Numbered from the stretch's first letter, positions 18,201 to 28,753 are shown. The stretch is DNA of 64,000 nucleotides from Planctomycetota bacterium (GCA_965223545.1 OZ245006.1:1920001-1984000); one strand, 5' to 3'. Numbers and translations are program-made. The notes: a model not told the origin generated them from the letters alone.

Positions 18201-18409
18201 GGCCAGTCCTGCTGAAACGCGTCGGCGGTCGCTTTTCAACCGCTGGCCGCCATGGCGTCACCGGACGCTTACTCACCAGCCGCCATCTGGCGATTGCTTG
18301 AGCTGAGATAGGGAGGCCGCGCCAGCGGCGACGACTGCAGCGATGAGGCGACGTCCGGCAGTCGTGACCCGGTAGCGATGCGTGCCCCGAACCTTGTCGA
18401 TGACGCCGT

Positions 18410-18750
18410 GAGCACAGAGCAGACGCTGCAGTCGAGTGACCCGTGCGCTGATGCAGGAGGTTGGCGACTTCCGCGGGCGTCAGCTGTAGCCGCTGGGCCT
18501 CGTCGAGAATGCGCGCGATGAACGACGCGCATGCGGGATCCGTGCCGGCGCCGGTCTGCCTGCGCAGCGCGACCGTACCGCGCGCGCCCCGGACCGCGAC
18601 CAGCCCGAGCTCGGCGTAGGCGCGGCGGATGGTGTGGAAGTTGACACCCCAGCGCTGCGCGGCATCCCGCGCCGACGGCAGCCTCTCGCCCTGCACCAGC
18701 TGGCCGGTGGCGAGCTGATAACGGATCGCTTCGACGATCTGGTCCGCCAC
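18410..18750 (-). pseudogene. GntR-family regulator, N-terminal HTH half
   Basis: QIVEAIRYQLATGQLVQGERLPSARDAAQRWGVNFHTIRRAYAEL; no native start, joined in frame to a kinase fragment. Confidence 0.8.
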
Positions 18751-18861
18751 TGCCGTGCGTGTTGTGTAGTCGTCGCGGCGCGCCGCGCGGTCTGACGGCG
18801 TGAGGGACTCGTCTGCCATCGCGCCGGCCGCCGCCCGTCGGAGCAGGCTCACCGCCAGCTC
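18745..18861 (-). repeat. Fragment of a paralogous kinase 3' end, copy B of the inverted repeat
   Basis: ELAVSLLRRAAAGAMADESLTPSDRAARRDDYT versus ELAVSLLRRAAAAAMDDESLTPSDRTARRNDYT in the 4890-7712 kinase. Confidence 0.9.
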
Positions 18862-18900
18862 AACCGCCCGAGCGCTGCAACGAACGCCGCCGATGGAGGC

Positions 18901-19499
18901 GTCGCCGTGGTCGAGTGCAATCCAACCCAGGCGCTGCGCTGGCGGTCCAGGTCGCCGATTCGCTCGCGGTCGCGGCGCACCCCTATTGCCTGGGCGACGG
19001 TGAACAGCCGCCCGGCCCCGTCCTGGCGACGTATTTCCACTACGCCGAGATCGCACGCCGATGGCGCCACCGCCTGGCGTCCATCCACTTTGCATCCATC
19101 CGGCCGGACCACCGACTGGGCGAGCGGCTGCTCTCGCGACTCCCGCGCAGAGGGATCGCGCAAGTGACCCTACTGGAGTACGAACGCAGTATGGCCGACA
19201 ACATGGCCGAAGACGTGGCGCGGTTGCTGCCCGAGGCGCGCTGTCAGATCGTGCCGAAGGCGACCAAGCGACCGATCACGAGCCTGCGACGGCTGGCACC
19301 GAACACGCCGGTGCTCGTCGCCCCGCGGGTCTGGAACGACCTGCCCTCACCCTGGCGGGACGATCCGCGGGTGCTCGAGGTACGCTACACCTTCGACGCC
19401 GACGAGCTGGCGGCGATCGCGCACCATCTGCGCTGGCGCCGGCGGGGCGCACGCCAAGTCGCGCGAAGGGACACGTCAGCGGTCTGCCTGCGCGGCTGA
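18901..19499 (+). pseudogene. Probable C-terminal effector half of the GntR regulator, frameshifted
   Basis: VVECNPTQA, frameshift near 18935, then LAVQVA...ATYFHYAE; resembles C-terminal domains of long GntR proteins (from memory). No own start. Confidence 0.55.
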
Positions 19500-19552
19500 A
19501 GCCGCCGACCGCAACCGACCAATCCTGCCGAGGTTCGCCGTAGAATCGCGCC

Positions 19553-20677
19553 ATGTCCGCGAGCGCCCCGTCCCCCCGCATCATTGGCGCAGTCAGCCTG
19601 TTGGTGGCCACCACCGCCGGTGACGTCCACGCCCAGACCATCGCGCTGTCCGGTCTCGATCCCGTCGCCTTGTGCGCGGGAGAAGAACGCGCCGGTGACC
19701 CCGCGCTGACGGCCGCCCACGGCCGGCTGCGCTACCAGTTCGCGGACGCGGCGAGCCAAGCCCGGTTCCTCGCCGACCCATCACGCTACGCGATCCAGTG
19801 GAACGGTGCGTGTGCGCGCATGGGACCACTCAGCGGCCGCGGCGATCCCGAGCGCTGGTCGGTGTACGACGGCAAGATCTGGGTGTTCGCCTCCGATGCC
19901 TGCCGCGCGGGCTTCGCGCGAGCACCACACGGCTACACGGCGACTGCACCTGCACTGCCGAAGATCGACGACGCGGCACACCAGCGAGGCCTGGCCCTGT
20001 TCGCGCTGGCGGTCGAAGCACACGGCGGCGAGGCCGCCGACGCGGCGGCGGCGGTGCGATTCACGCGGTCGCGGGAGCAGCAGGGCTGGCAACACGAGCT
20101 CATGCTGTTGTGCACGCCGACCGGAGCGACGCGGCGCACCTCGCGCTGGGATCCGCCGGCGACCGGCGAACAGCGCGGGTTCTCGACCACGTGGATCACA
20201 CCGCCGGGCGAAGGCTCGGCCGGCACTGCGTTCACCACTGAGGAAGCAGACGTGTTCGATCTCTGCGCCGCCGAAGAGCACGATGCACGCCGCCACGCCC
20301 TGCGTGAGCTACTGCCGTTGCTATGGGCACGGCACCAGCCAGCGTTCCGCTGCCGCCACCGTGGCGCGAGCACGCTGGCAGACCTGCCGGTCGAGGACCT
20401 GGAGGTCTTCGTCTTCGGCATGGCCACGACCCTGCACCTGGCCCGCGACACGCACCGGGTCGAAGGCATCTCGTGGCGGGGCCGCCTGAACGACGGCCGC
20501 ACGCGCGCGGTGCGCGAACGGTTCGGCGGCTGGACCGAGGTCGACGGCGTCCTGATGCCCCTGGCACGGACTGCGCTGGCGCCGGCGGCGGACGGCGCAC
20601 CCGCCGCCGAGGAATGGGACCAGGCCGCGCTGGTGGCGGAGATCCCACAAGGCGCCTTCGAACGCCCGGAGGGTTGA
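19553..20677 (+). CDS. Exported YHS-domain protein
   Basis: Signal peptide ending VHA; ALSGLDPVA, YQFADAASQARFLADPSRY, GACA, YDGKIWVF. Confidence 0.75.
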   Translation: MSASAPSPRIIGAVSLLVATTAGDVHAQTIALSGLDPVALCAGEERAGDPALTAAHGRLRYQFADAASQARFLADPSRYAIQWNGACARMGPLSGRGDPERWSVYDGKIWVFASDACRAGFARAPHGYTATAPALPKIDDAAHQRGLALFALAVEAHGGEAADAAAAVRFTRSREQQGWQHELMLLCTPTGATRRTSRWDPPATGEQRGFSTTWITPPGEGSAGTAFTTEEADVFDLCAAEEHDARRHALRELLPLLWARHQPAFRCRHRGASTLADLPVEDLEVFVFGMATTLHLARDTHRVEGISWRGRLNDGRTRAVRERFGGWTEVDGVLMPLARTALAPAADGAPAAEEWDQAALVAEIPQGAFERPEG

Positions 20678-20750
20678 GGCCGCCACCCACTGCTCCAACC
20701 GCGACCGAGGTTGCTCCGTGGACGCAGCCGACCTACGCTGTCCGCCGCCG

Positions 20751-21149
20751 ATGCACCTCGCGCCGCGCCCTTCGACCGCCGACCGCCAACGCCGCCGCAC
20801 CGCTGTGCTGGCAGCGCTGTACTGCGTGGTTGCGGTCCTGGCCGACGCGCACCTGCTCTGGCACGACCACCACGCCGCGCACCACGGCGGCCCTCCCACT
20901 CCGGCCGTCGCCTCGGCGGCCTGCGATGGTCACTGCGACCATCCCGGCCACCACCACCACGCATCGTTCGACGAGGGAGCCTGCCTGCTCTGCAAGAGCT
21001 TGGGCCAGCGCGACGATGTGCTGCTCCCGCCACGCTCCGGCGCGCCGGCGATCGTGGTTTGCGGCGAGGTCGACGCCGCCCAGTGTGGCCCGCGGTGTCC
21101 AGAACGCAGCGGCCCCGGCCGCGCCCGGGGACCACCCCTGTTCGTGTGA
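20751..21149 (+). CDS. DUF2946-like His/Cys-rich protein with C-terminal RGPP
   Basis: Hydrophobic N-terminal helix, His clusters, CLLC, ends RARGPPLFV; first gene before the metal uptake operon. Start could be 20718. Confidence 0.7.
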   Translation: MHLAPRPSTADRQRRRTAVLAALYCVVAVLADAHLLWHDHHAAHHGGPPTPAVASAACDGHCDHPGHHHHASFDEGACLLCKSLGQRDDVLLPPRSGAPAIVVCGEVDAAQCGPRCPERSGPGRARGPPLFV

Positions 21150-21218
21150 GCTCGAGACCGTGGAGACCGCGCGCGGTGCGCGGTTTCCGACCGAATTACA
21201 CACGAACAGGAGAACCCG

Positions 21219-22391
21219 ATGTACCCCATTTCCCGTGGGGCGTTGTGGGCGTGTGCCGCGTGCACCGCTCTGCTCGCCCCGATTCCTTGCCAGTCACCCG
21301 CCGAGGAAGCGCCGGACGGCGCGCTCGGCCAAGGCAACGCGTTCAATCCACAGATCACCGTCTTCGCCGACGTACTCGGTAGCCTGTCCAGCGACAGCGC
21401 TGACGAGACCACCAACCGGTTCAGTCTGCGCGAGGTCGAGGTCGACCTGCGCGCCGCGGTCGCGCCCTGGGCCGACGGCGTGCTGATCCTCGCCTTGCAC
21501 GAAGAGATCGAGGACGACGGCGGCTCGACCGAGATCGGGCACCACATCGAGATCGAAGAGGGCTATCTCGACTTCTTCGATCTCGGCTACGACCTCGCCG
21601 GTCGCGTCGGCGTGCTGCGCAATCACTTCGGCCGGCACAACCAGCTGCACACGCACGACACGCCTCAGGTCACGCGACCACTGGCGCACAGCGCGTTCTT
21701 CGGCCACGAGGGCTTGATCACCACCGGCGTCGAAGCCCGCTGGCACGTGCCCAACCCGTGGGATGACTTCGTCGAGCTGCGCGCGGCCGTAATCAACGCC
21801 GACGGTGGAGAAGAGGCGCCACTGCTCGGCGGGCCCGATGCCGACAACCCCGCGCTGGTCGTCCGCGGCAAATGGTTCGACACGCTGGGCGACGACTGGG
21901 ACGTCGAGCTGGGCGGTTCGTATCTGTACTCCGCGACCAGCGACCGCGGCGGCTTCGACGCCCACGTCGCCGGCGCCGATGCCACGTTTACTTGGCGCTC
22001 GCCGCAGGCACCCGACTCGCGCAGCCTCTTGCTGCAGGGCGAAGCCCTGTGGGCGCGCAACGACATCGACGACGGAGGCACCGGCTTCCGCAACCGCAGC
22101 GCCGGCTACTACGCCTTCGCCCAGCTGCAGCTGGCCCGCGACTGGTACGTCGGCGTGCGCGGGGACCGCACCGAGTTTCCGAACGACGAGGACCGCGGCC
22201 CGGTCGACCGGGATCTGGGGCTGTCGAGCTACGTCAGCTGGTACCCCACCGAGTTCGTGCGGCTTCGCCTCGAGTACCAACACCTCGAGCAGGAAACCGC
22301 GGGCTTCGACAGCGATGTCGACCGGCTGTTCCTCAATCTCACCTTCACCTTCGGCGCTCATCCGCCGCATCCCTACTGGGTCAACCGATGA
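21219..22391 (+). CDS. Outer-membrane beta-barrel protein associated with metal (Zn) uptake
   Basis: Signal peptide; FNPQITV, EVEVDLRAAV, FGRHNQLHTH, RLRLEYQH, C-terminal GAHPPHPY; ATGA-coupled to the binding protein gene. Confidence 0.75.
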   Translation: MYPISRGALWACAACTALLAPIPCQSPAEEAPDGALGQGNAFNPQITVFADVLGSLSSDSADETTNRFSLREVEVDLRAAVAPWADGVLILALHEEIEDDGGSTEIGHHIEIEEGYLDFFDLGYDLAGRVGVLRNHFGRHNQLHTHDTPQVTRPLAHSAFFGHEGLITTGVEARWHVPNPWDDFVELRAAVINADGGEEAPLLGGPDADNPALVVRGKWFDTLGDDWDVELGGSYLYSATSDRGGFDAHVAGADATFTWRSPQAPDSRSLLLQGEALWARNDIDDGGTGFRNRSAGYYAFAQLQLARDWYVGVRGDRTEFPNDEDRGPVDRDLGLSSYVSWYPTEFVRLRLEYQHLEQETAGFDSDVDRLFLNLTFTFGAHPPHPYWVNR

Positions 22392-23320
22392 AAGCACTCG
22401 CCCTTGCACTCTCTTGTGGCGGCGCGCTCGCCGCACTCGCTCCCGCCCAGCTGCGGGTGGTGACCAGTACGCCCACCCTGGCCGACCTCGTCCGCCAGAT
22501 CGGTGGCCCGCACGTGACGGTGCAGTCCATCTTGCGCGGGCCTGAAAACCCGCACCACGTTGCCGCCAAGCCGAGCTTCGTGATGATGCTCAAGCGCGCC
22601 GACCTCCTGGTGCACACCGGACTCGACGCCGAGCCCTGGATCCCGATGCTGATCAAGAGCGCGCGGCGAGCGCACTTGCGACCCGGCGGCAAGGGACACA
22701 TCAACGCGGCGCGCGGCGTGGAGCTGCTCGAGGTCCCGGCCGCCGCCGAGCTCACCCGCGCCGCCGGCGACTTGCACGTGCACGGCAACCCGCACTACCT
22801 GCTCGACGCGCGCAACGGCGTGCGCGTGAGCCACACGATCGCCGCCGCGCTGACCGCCGCGGAACCCGCGCACGCCGCCGACTTCGAGCAGAGCCGGCAG
22901 CAGCTCGAGGAGCGGTTGCTGGCGCTCGACGCACGCCTGGCCGAGCAGATGTCACCGCACCGCGGAGCCCCACTGGCGACCTACCACCGCACGTGGAGCT
23001 ACCTGATGGCGCGCTACGGCCTGGAGAAGGTCGCCGAGGTCGAGCCTCAACCCGGCATCTCACCGTGGCCGCGCCACCTGATGGAGTGCGTGACGGCAAT
23101 GCGCGCGGCCGACGCCCGGCTGGTCGTGGTGGAGACCTACAGCAGCCGAGAGGACGCCGAGTTCGTCGCCGAGCGCGCCGGCGGGCGCGCGCTGACGCTG
23201 GCGCACGAGGTCGGCGCCCTGCCGGACGTCGATTCGTACGAGCAGCTGCTCGAGCACAACGCCACCGCCCTCGCCACCGCCCTGGCAGCAACCGACAAGG
23301 CCAACGCCGGCGGCCACTGA
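22388..23320 (+). CDS. Metal ABC transporter substrate-binding protein (ZnuA/TroA family)
   Basis: Signal peptide; NPHH, GNPHYLLD, YHRTWSYL, EPQPGISP. Confidence 0.9.
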   Translation: MKALALALSCGGALAALAPAQLRVVTSTPTLADLVRQIGGPHVTVQSILRGPENPHHVAAKPSFVMMLKRADLLVHTGLDAEPWIPMLIKSARRAHLRPGGKGHINAARGVELLEVPAAAELTRAAGDLHVHGNPHYLLDARNGVRVSHTIAAALTAAEPAHAADFEQSRQQLEERLLALDARLAEQMSPHRGAPLATYHRTWSYLMARYGLEKVAEVEPQPGISPWPRHLMECVTAMRAADARLVVVETYSSREDAEFVAERAGGRALTLAHEVGALPDVDSYEQLLEHNATALATALAATDKANAGGH

Positions 23321-23321
23321 C

Positions 23322-24128
23322 GTGCTGGAGCTGCTGCTCGCGCCGTTGGTGGCCTGCGTCGTGCTCGCCGGCATCCACTGCTACCTCGGCCTGCACGTGC
23401 TGATGCGCGGCGTGGTGTTCGTCGATCTGGCGCTGGCGCAGATCGCGGCGCTCGGCGTCGCGGTCGGCGCCGTCGCCGGCGCGCTGCCGCACACGGCCAG
23501 CAGCTATCTCTGGTCGGCCGGCTTCTCCACGCTGGGCGCGGCGCTGTTCGCGTGGTGGCGCTTCGACCACCGGCGCGTACCGCAGGAGGCTGTGATCGGC
23601 ATCATCTACGCCGTCAGCGCCGCGGTGACCGTGCTGATCCTGTCGCACAGCGCCATCGACAAGGAGGAGATCGACCACATGCTGCTCGGCCGGTTGCTGT
23701 TCGTCGACTGGCCGGAGATCGGCGCGGCGGCTCTGGTCTACGCCGCGGTGGCCGGGATCCACGCGCTGTGCCGGCGGCCGTTCTTCGCGATCTCGCGCGG
23801 CGAGACGGTGCGCCGGACAGCGCTGTGGGACTTCGTGTTCTACGCCACGTTCGGCATCGTCGTGTCGAGCTCGGTGCAGCTCGCCGGCGTGCTGGCGGTG
23901 TTCAGCTTCTTGATCGTGCCCGCGGCCTGCGCCGCGCTGTTCTGCGACACCACCACGACCCGTTTGTTCGTCGCCTGGGGCTTCGCCCTGCTGGCGAGCG
24001 CCACCGGTCTGTGCGCCAGCGCGTGGCTCGACTGGCCCGTCGGGGCGGCGGTGGTGACCGCGTTCGGCGCCGTGTTCGCTGTCTGCGCCCTGGCCGCCCG
24101 CCGTTATCCACAGTTTCCACACTGCTGA
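23322..24128 (+). CDS. Metal ABC transporter permease (ZnuB-like)
   Basis: [41 protein letters not shown]; multiple TM helices. Confidence 0.9.
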   Translation: MLELLLAPLVACVVLAGIHCYLGLHVLMRGVVFVDLALAQIAALGVAVGAVAGALPHTASSYLWSAGFSTLGAALFAWWRFDHRRVPQEAVIGIIYAVSAAVTVLILSHSAIDKEEIDHMLLGRLLFVDWPEIGAAALVYAAVAGIHALCRRPFFAISRGETVRRTALWDFVFYATFGIVVSSSVQLAGVLAVFSFLIVPAACAALFCDTTTTRLFVAWGFALLASATGLCASAWLDWPVGAAVVTAFGAVFAVCALAARRYPQFPHC

Positions 24129-24210
24129 GAGGCCGCGGGCCGGCAAACCCGGCGCTGAACCGCGTGCCCTGGACGGCTATGGTCTGCAGGCTGGGATCAC
24201 ACATCGACGC

Positions 24211-26211
24211 ATGAGCAACACCAGCCCCGAGACTCTGAAGCGCACCGCCGACACCCTCCGCGGCCTGGCGATGGACGCCGTGCAGCGCGCCAACAGCGGG
24301 CACCCCGGCATGCCGATGGGCACCGCCGATCTCGCCGCAGTGCTGTGGTTGGAGCACCTGCGCTTCCTACCGGACGACCCGGAATGGGCCGGCCGCGACC
24401 GCTTCGTTCTATCCGCGGGGCACGGCTCGATGCTGCTCTACGGCTTGCTGCACCTCGCCGGCTACGACTTGCCGATGGCCGAGCTCGAGCGCTTTCGGCA
24501 GCTGCACAGCAAGACTCCCGGTCATCCCGAGTTCGGCGAGACCCCAGGAGTCGAGACCACGACCGGCCCGCTCGGCCAGGGCTTCGCCACCGGCGTCGGC
24601 ATGGCGTTGGCGGCGCGGATGGAGGCGGCGCGCTTCCGCTGCCCGGAGCTGTGCACGCGCGTGTTCGGCATCGTCTCGGACGGCGACCTGATGGAGGGCA
24701 TCAGCGCCGAGGCGGCGTCGCTCGCGGGACACCTCGGGCTGGCCAACCTGGTCTACCTGTACGACGACAACCGCATCACCATCGATGGCGAAACCGACCT
24801 GACGTTCAGCGAGGACGTCGAGCAGCGGTTCGCCGCGCAGCGATGGCACGTGCTGCGCTGTGAAGGCCACGACTTCGACGCGGTGCGGCGCACACTCGAC
24901 GCCGCGGTCGGCGAGGCCGAACGCCCCACGCTGGTCATCTGTCGCACGCACATCGCCAAGGGCAGCCCCAACAAGGTCGACACGTCGGCGTCGCACGGCG
25001 CGCCGCTCGGCGACGAGGAAATCGCGCTGACCAAGCGCGCGTTGGGCCTGCCCGAGGAGGCGTTTCACGTGCCGCCGGAGGTGCGCGCGGCGTTCGCAGC
25101 GCGGGCCGAAGCCAACCGCCGGGCGCGCGCGCAGTGGGAGGACGCCGTCGCCCGTTGGCGCAGCGCAAACGCGACCCTGGCAACCGCGCATCAGAGCTAC
25201 CGCGCGCGACGGACGCCGGCCGATCTGGCCGACCAGCTGCGCACCGCGATCGGCGACGACACGGCCGCCACCCGTGTCTTGTCCGGCGTGGCGCTGCAGA
25301 CGGCGGCGCGTCTGGTGCCCTCGGTGGTCGGCGGGTCGGCGGATCTCGAGGGGAGCTGCAACACCCGCCTCAAGGACTCCCCGGCGGTGCGCCGTGACGA
25401 CCTCAGCGGCCGCAACATCCACTTCGGCATCCGCGAGCACGCGATGGCCGCGATCTGCAACGGCATGGCGCTGCAGGGCGGCGCGCTGCCGCTGTGCAGC
25501 ACTTTCCTGACGTTCTCGGACTACATGCGGCCGAGCATCCGCCTCGCCGCGCTGATGCGTCTGCCGACCGCGTTCGTCTTCACCCACGACAGCCTGCTGC
25601 TGGGCGAGGACGGCCCGACCCACCAGCCGGTCGAGCACCTCGCGGCGCTGCGCCTGATCCCGGGCCTGCACGTGTTCCGCCCGGCGGACGGCTTCGAGGT
25701 CGCCGCGGCGTGGACGCACGCGCTGGAGCGCCGCGACGGCCCGGTGGCGCTGGCGCTCACCCGGCAGAAGGTGCCCGCGCTGGCACGCGACCGCGATCTG
25801 ACCGTGCGCGACGTGCTGCGCGGCGGATACACCCTGCGCGCCGCCGCCGATCCGCAGGCCGTGTTGATCGCCACCGGCGCCGAAGTCGCCCTGGCCCTGG
25901 CGGCCGCCGAAGAGCTGGACCAGCGCGGCATCAACGCGCGCGTGGTCAGCATGCCCTGCGTCGAGCTGTTCCGCCTGCAATCGGACGACTACCGCGCGGC
26001 CGTGCTGCCGCCGGGCACGGCGACGTTCGCCGTCGAGATGGGCCGCCGCGAGGGCTGGTGCGAGTTCACCGGCCGGCTCGAACACGTGATCGGGGTCGAC
26101 GGTTTCGGCGCGAGCGCGCCCGCCGCCGACCTGGCAGAGCATTTCGGCTTCACGGCGCCGCGCGTGGCCGAGCACGTCGAGGGTGTGCTCGCCCGGGTGC
26201 CGGCGGGCTGA
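24211..26211 (+). CDS. tkt: Transketolase
   Basis: [41 protein letters not shown]. Confidence 0.98.
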   Translation: MSNTSPETLKRTADTLRGLAMDAVQRANSGHPGMPMGTADLAAVLWLEHLRFLPDDPEWAGRDRFVLSAGHGSMLLYGLLHLAGYDLPMAELERFRQLHSKTPGHPEFGETPGVETTTGPLGQGFATGVGMALAARMEAARFRCPELCTRVFGIVSDGDLMEGISAEAASLAGHLGLANLVYLYDDNRITIDGETDLTFSEDVEQRFAAQRWHVLRCEGHDFDAVRRTLDAAVGEAERPTLVICRTHIAKGSPNKVDTSASHGAPLGDEEIALTKRALGLPEEAFHVPPEVRAAFAARAEANRRARAQWEDAVARWRSANATLATAHQSYRARRTPADLADQLRTAIGDDTAATRVLSGVALQTAARLVPSVVGGSADLEGSCNTRLKDSPAVRRDDLSGRNIHFGIREHAMAAICNGMALQGGALPLCSTFLTFSDYMRPSIRLAALMRLPTAFVFTHDSLLLGEDGPTHQPVEHLAALRLIPGLHVFRPADGFEVAAAWTHALERRDGPVALALTRQKVPALARDRDLTVRDVLRGGYTLRAAADPQAVLIATGAEVALALAAAEELDQRGINARVVSMPCVELFRLQSDDYRAAVLPPGTATFAVEMGRREGWCEFTGRLEHVIGVDGFGASAPAADLAEHFGFTAPRVAEHVEGVLARVPAG

Positions 26212-26230
26212 GCCCGAGGAGCCGCGACCC

Positions 26231-26509
26231 GTGCCCGGCCAGGCCCCGCCCCCCGGCGCGCCCGAGACCCCCGGCGCACCCGACGAGGAAGATCCCCGGA
26301 TCTGCTTCTGCATGAAGGTCTCGCGCAGCACCCTGGTCGCCGCGATCCGCGCCGGCGCGACCACCGTGGAGGCGCTCCGCGACCGCACCCGGGCGGCGTC
26401 GGGCTGTGGGACCTGCCGCATCGACCTGCTGCTCCTGCTCGCCGAGCACGCCGACCGCGGCCCGACCACGACCGGCCCCGGGCCGGCCGGCACGGCGCCC
26501 CGCAGCTGA
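26231..26509 (+). CDS. BFD-like (2Fe-2S)-binding protein
   Basis: ICFCMKVS...AASGCGTC; start uncertain. Confidence 0.8.
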   Translation: MPGQAPPPGAPETPGAPDEEDPRICFCMKVSRSTLVAAIRAGATTVEALRDRTRAASGCGTCRIDLLLLLAEHADRGPTTTGPGPAGTAPRS

Positions 26510-26746
26510 GGAATCCCCCGTAGCCCAGCGCGCCGAGCACCGCGTCCGACATGCCGATCCCAGTGGATTTTCGGAAGGTCGGCGGCGACCACCGGTCGAC
26601 GGGAATAATCTCACGCAGAGGGGCGTCTACGCCGGGCCGTGTGCGGATCCACCGTGGTCCCGCGGGCCCCCGTCAGGGGCGCCCAGCGGTGACGCGCTTT
26701 TTCGCCGGCGCCTCCTCCCGACACACCACGCGGACTGACTCGAACG

Positions 26747-28753
26747 ATGACCTCTTCGAAAGCCATCCTGATCCTGCTGATCCTCGGCGCCGCCGCTGCC
26801 GGCGTCTTCACGCTGGTCTCCGGCGATGGCGGTGAGCCCAACTTCCCCGCCACGGGGCAGACCCAGGTCGCGCGCGCGACCGACCCCGAGGCGACCTCCC
26901 TGCAGTCGACCGAGCCCCAGCCCGTCGAGGCGCGCCCCGCCCAAACCCCGACCCGGACCGAAGTCCCCGCGGCGCCAGCCGGCCGGGACCACCCGCAGGG
27001 CGTGATGGGCCAGGTGCTGACCCCGCAGGGCGCGCCCGCCGTCGGCACCAAGATCTTCCTGATGGAGGCGTCGACGACGGACTTGTTCCAGCAGCTTCGC
27101 CTGGCGCACAAGGGCATCCGGATCCCGCCGCTGGCCAGCACCGAAGCCGACGAGACCGGCGCGTTCCGCCTGGGTGTGCAGCGGGTCGACGCGACCAAGC
27201 GCTACGAGGTCCGCATCGTCAGCGACGACTTCGTCGACCACAACGTCCCGCCGGTGGCGATCCTCGAGAACCAGTGGTACGACCTGAAGCGGATCACGCT
27301 GGCGCGCGGCGCGACGCTGTGGGGCCGGGTCACGATCGAGGGCAGCGGCGGCGTGCCGGTGCCGGATGCCATCGTCCTGGTCAAGCCCAACAACTACTTC
27401 CCCAGCGTCAACCCGACGCCGGGCCGCGAAGAGGGCATCGAGATCCCCGTCGACCACACCGGTGGCTTCCGCATCGCCAACGCACCGTCCGGCGTGGTCA
27501 ACATCGCCGCCGTCGCACCCGGCTACGCCCGCATCGAGCGGCAGTCGGTCACCATCGACGAGCACGTCGAGAACCAGGTGATGTTCGAGCTGCCGGCCGG
27601 CGTGACGCTCAGTGGGCTCGTCACCGACGTCGACGGCCTGCCGGTCAAGGGAGCCCGGCTGGAGGCCACCGCGATGAGCGCCAAGTCGCCGACCACCGGC
27701 CGCACGCACAGCGAGCCCGACGGCAGCTTCGAGGTCGTCGGCCTGACCGACGGCCCCTACATGCTGACCGCGGTCGCCCCCGGTTTCGTGCGCGCGCAGA
27801 TCAAGCCGGTGCAGGCGCCCGACGCGTCGGTGCAGGTCGTGCTCGAGCGCCAGGGCGAGGCCGGCGTGCGCGCCTACGACAAGAACAACCGCTTGATGCG
27901 GTCGTTCAACGTCACCATCAAGACCTACACCGAGAACCAGGAGCTGTACGGCAACACCGACATCCCGACCCAGACGGCCAAGCCCGACGGCAGCGGAATC
28001 GCCACCATCACGGGGCTCGACCCGGGCAGCTACGTGTTCCAGGTCGAGGCGCGTGGCCACTGCAAGACGTTCTCCGAGCCGTTCACGATCGCCATGGGAC
28101 AGCCCAAGCCGATCGTCGACGTGCGCCTCACCGAGGGCGGCGTCATCGAAGGTGCGGTCACCGACGTCCGCGGCCAGCCGGTGGCAAACGTCAGAGTGCG
28201 CACGCTGCCCAACCACTTCGAAGAGAACCCGTTCACCACGATGTTCAAGGGGATCATTCCCTACAAGATCACGCAGCAGTCGGTGAACACCGATGCGCAG
28301 GGCCGCTATCGGTTGGCGCTGCTGACGCCGGGACAGTACCAGCTCAAGTTCGAGCACCCGCGCTACTACGAGGTGTTCTCCAAGAACCACGAGGTCGCCG
28401 ACGGCAGCGTGACGTCGGTGCCGGCGCAGTCGCTCGAGACCGGGACGCTGCTGCACGGAACGGTGCGCGTCAACGGCGAGCCCGGCAGCCAGGTGAAGAT
28501 CACCATCAGCTCGCTGCCCGACACCGAGGGCGGCGCCGCGCCGCGCATGTTCAGCTGCGATGCGATGACCGACAACGATGGCAAGTTCGCCATGCCCAAG
28601 CGCATTCCGCCCGGCCGCTATCAGGTGATGGCGGCGCGGCAGATGCTGAGCAACCCGCTGCTGACCATCGCCGACTTCCACAAGACCAAGCAAGAGATCA
28701 CCCTGCCGCGCGGCAAGGAGAAGCACTTCCTCACCTTCTCGATCACCGAGTGA
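26747..28753 (+). CDS. Membrane-anchored carboxypeptidase-regulatory-like repeat protein
   Basis: N-terminal TM; repeated GLVTDVDGLPVKGA / GAVTDVRGQPVANV / TDAQGRYRL; strong host-like codon bias. Confidence 0.85.
   Translation: MTSSKAILILLILGAAAAGVFTLVSGDGGEPNFPATGQTQVARATDPEATSLQSTEPQPVEARPAQTPTRTEVPAAPAGRDHPQGVMGQVLTPQGAPAVGTKIFLMEASTTDLFQQLRLAHKGIRIPPLASTEADETGAFRLGVQRVDATKRYEVRIVSDDFVDHNVPPVAILENQWYDLKRITLARGATLWGRVTIEGSGGVPVPDAIVLVKPNNYFPSVNPTPGREEGIEIPVDHTGGFRIANAPSGVVNIAAVAPGYARIERQSVTIDEHVENQVMFELPAGVTLSGLVTDVDGLPVKGARLEATAMSAKSPTTGRTHSEPDGSFEVVGLTDGPYMLTAVAPGFVRAQIKPVQAPDASVQVVLERQGEAGVRAYDKNNRLMRSFNVTIKTYTENQELYGNTDIPTQTAKPDGSGIATITGLDPGSYVFQVEARGHCKTFSEPFTIAMGQPKPIVDVRLTEGGVIEGAVTDVRGQPVANVRVRTLPNHFEENPFTTMFKGIIPYKITQQSVNTDAQGRYRLALLTPGQYQLKFEHPRYYEVFSKNHEVADGSVTSVPAQSLETGTLLHGTVRVNGEPGSQVKITISSLPDTEGGAAPRMFSCDAMTDNDGKFAMPKRIPPGRYQVMAARQMLSNPLLTIADFHKTKQEITLPRGKEKHFLTFSITE

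Larger units (their letters stand above)
16729..18272 (+). mobile_element. Second IS66-family element, internally deleted (1544 bp)
   Basis: Terminal IR GTAAGCGTCCGGTGA (15 bp perfect); 8-bp TSD TCACCAGC at 16721-16728 and 18273-18280; tnpC truncated. Confidence 0.95.

Noticed and set aside
7482..18861. Diversity-generating retroelement template/variable repeat pair
   Set aside because: Mismatches are not confined to adenines, are mostly synonymous, and no reverse transcriptase is present in the window.
18061..19095. 344-aa ORF as an intact kinase-GntR fusion gene
   Set aside because: It spans the antisense of another fragment, a kinase piece, a degraded HTH and the IS66 end; no plausible start.
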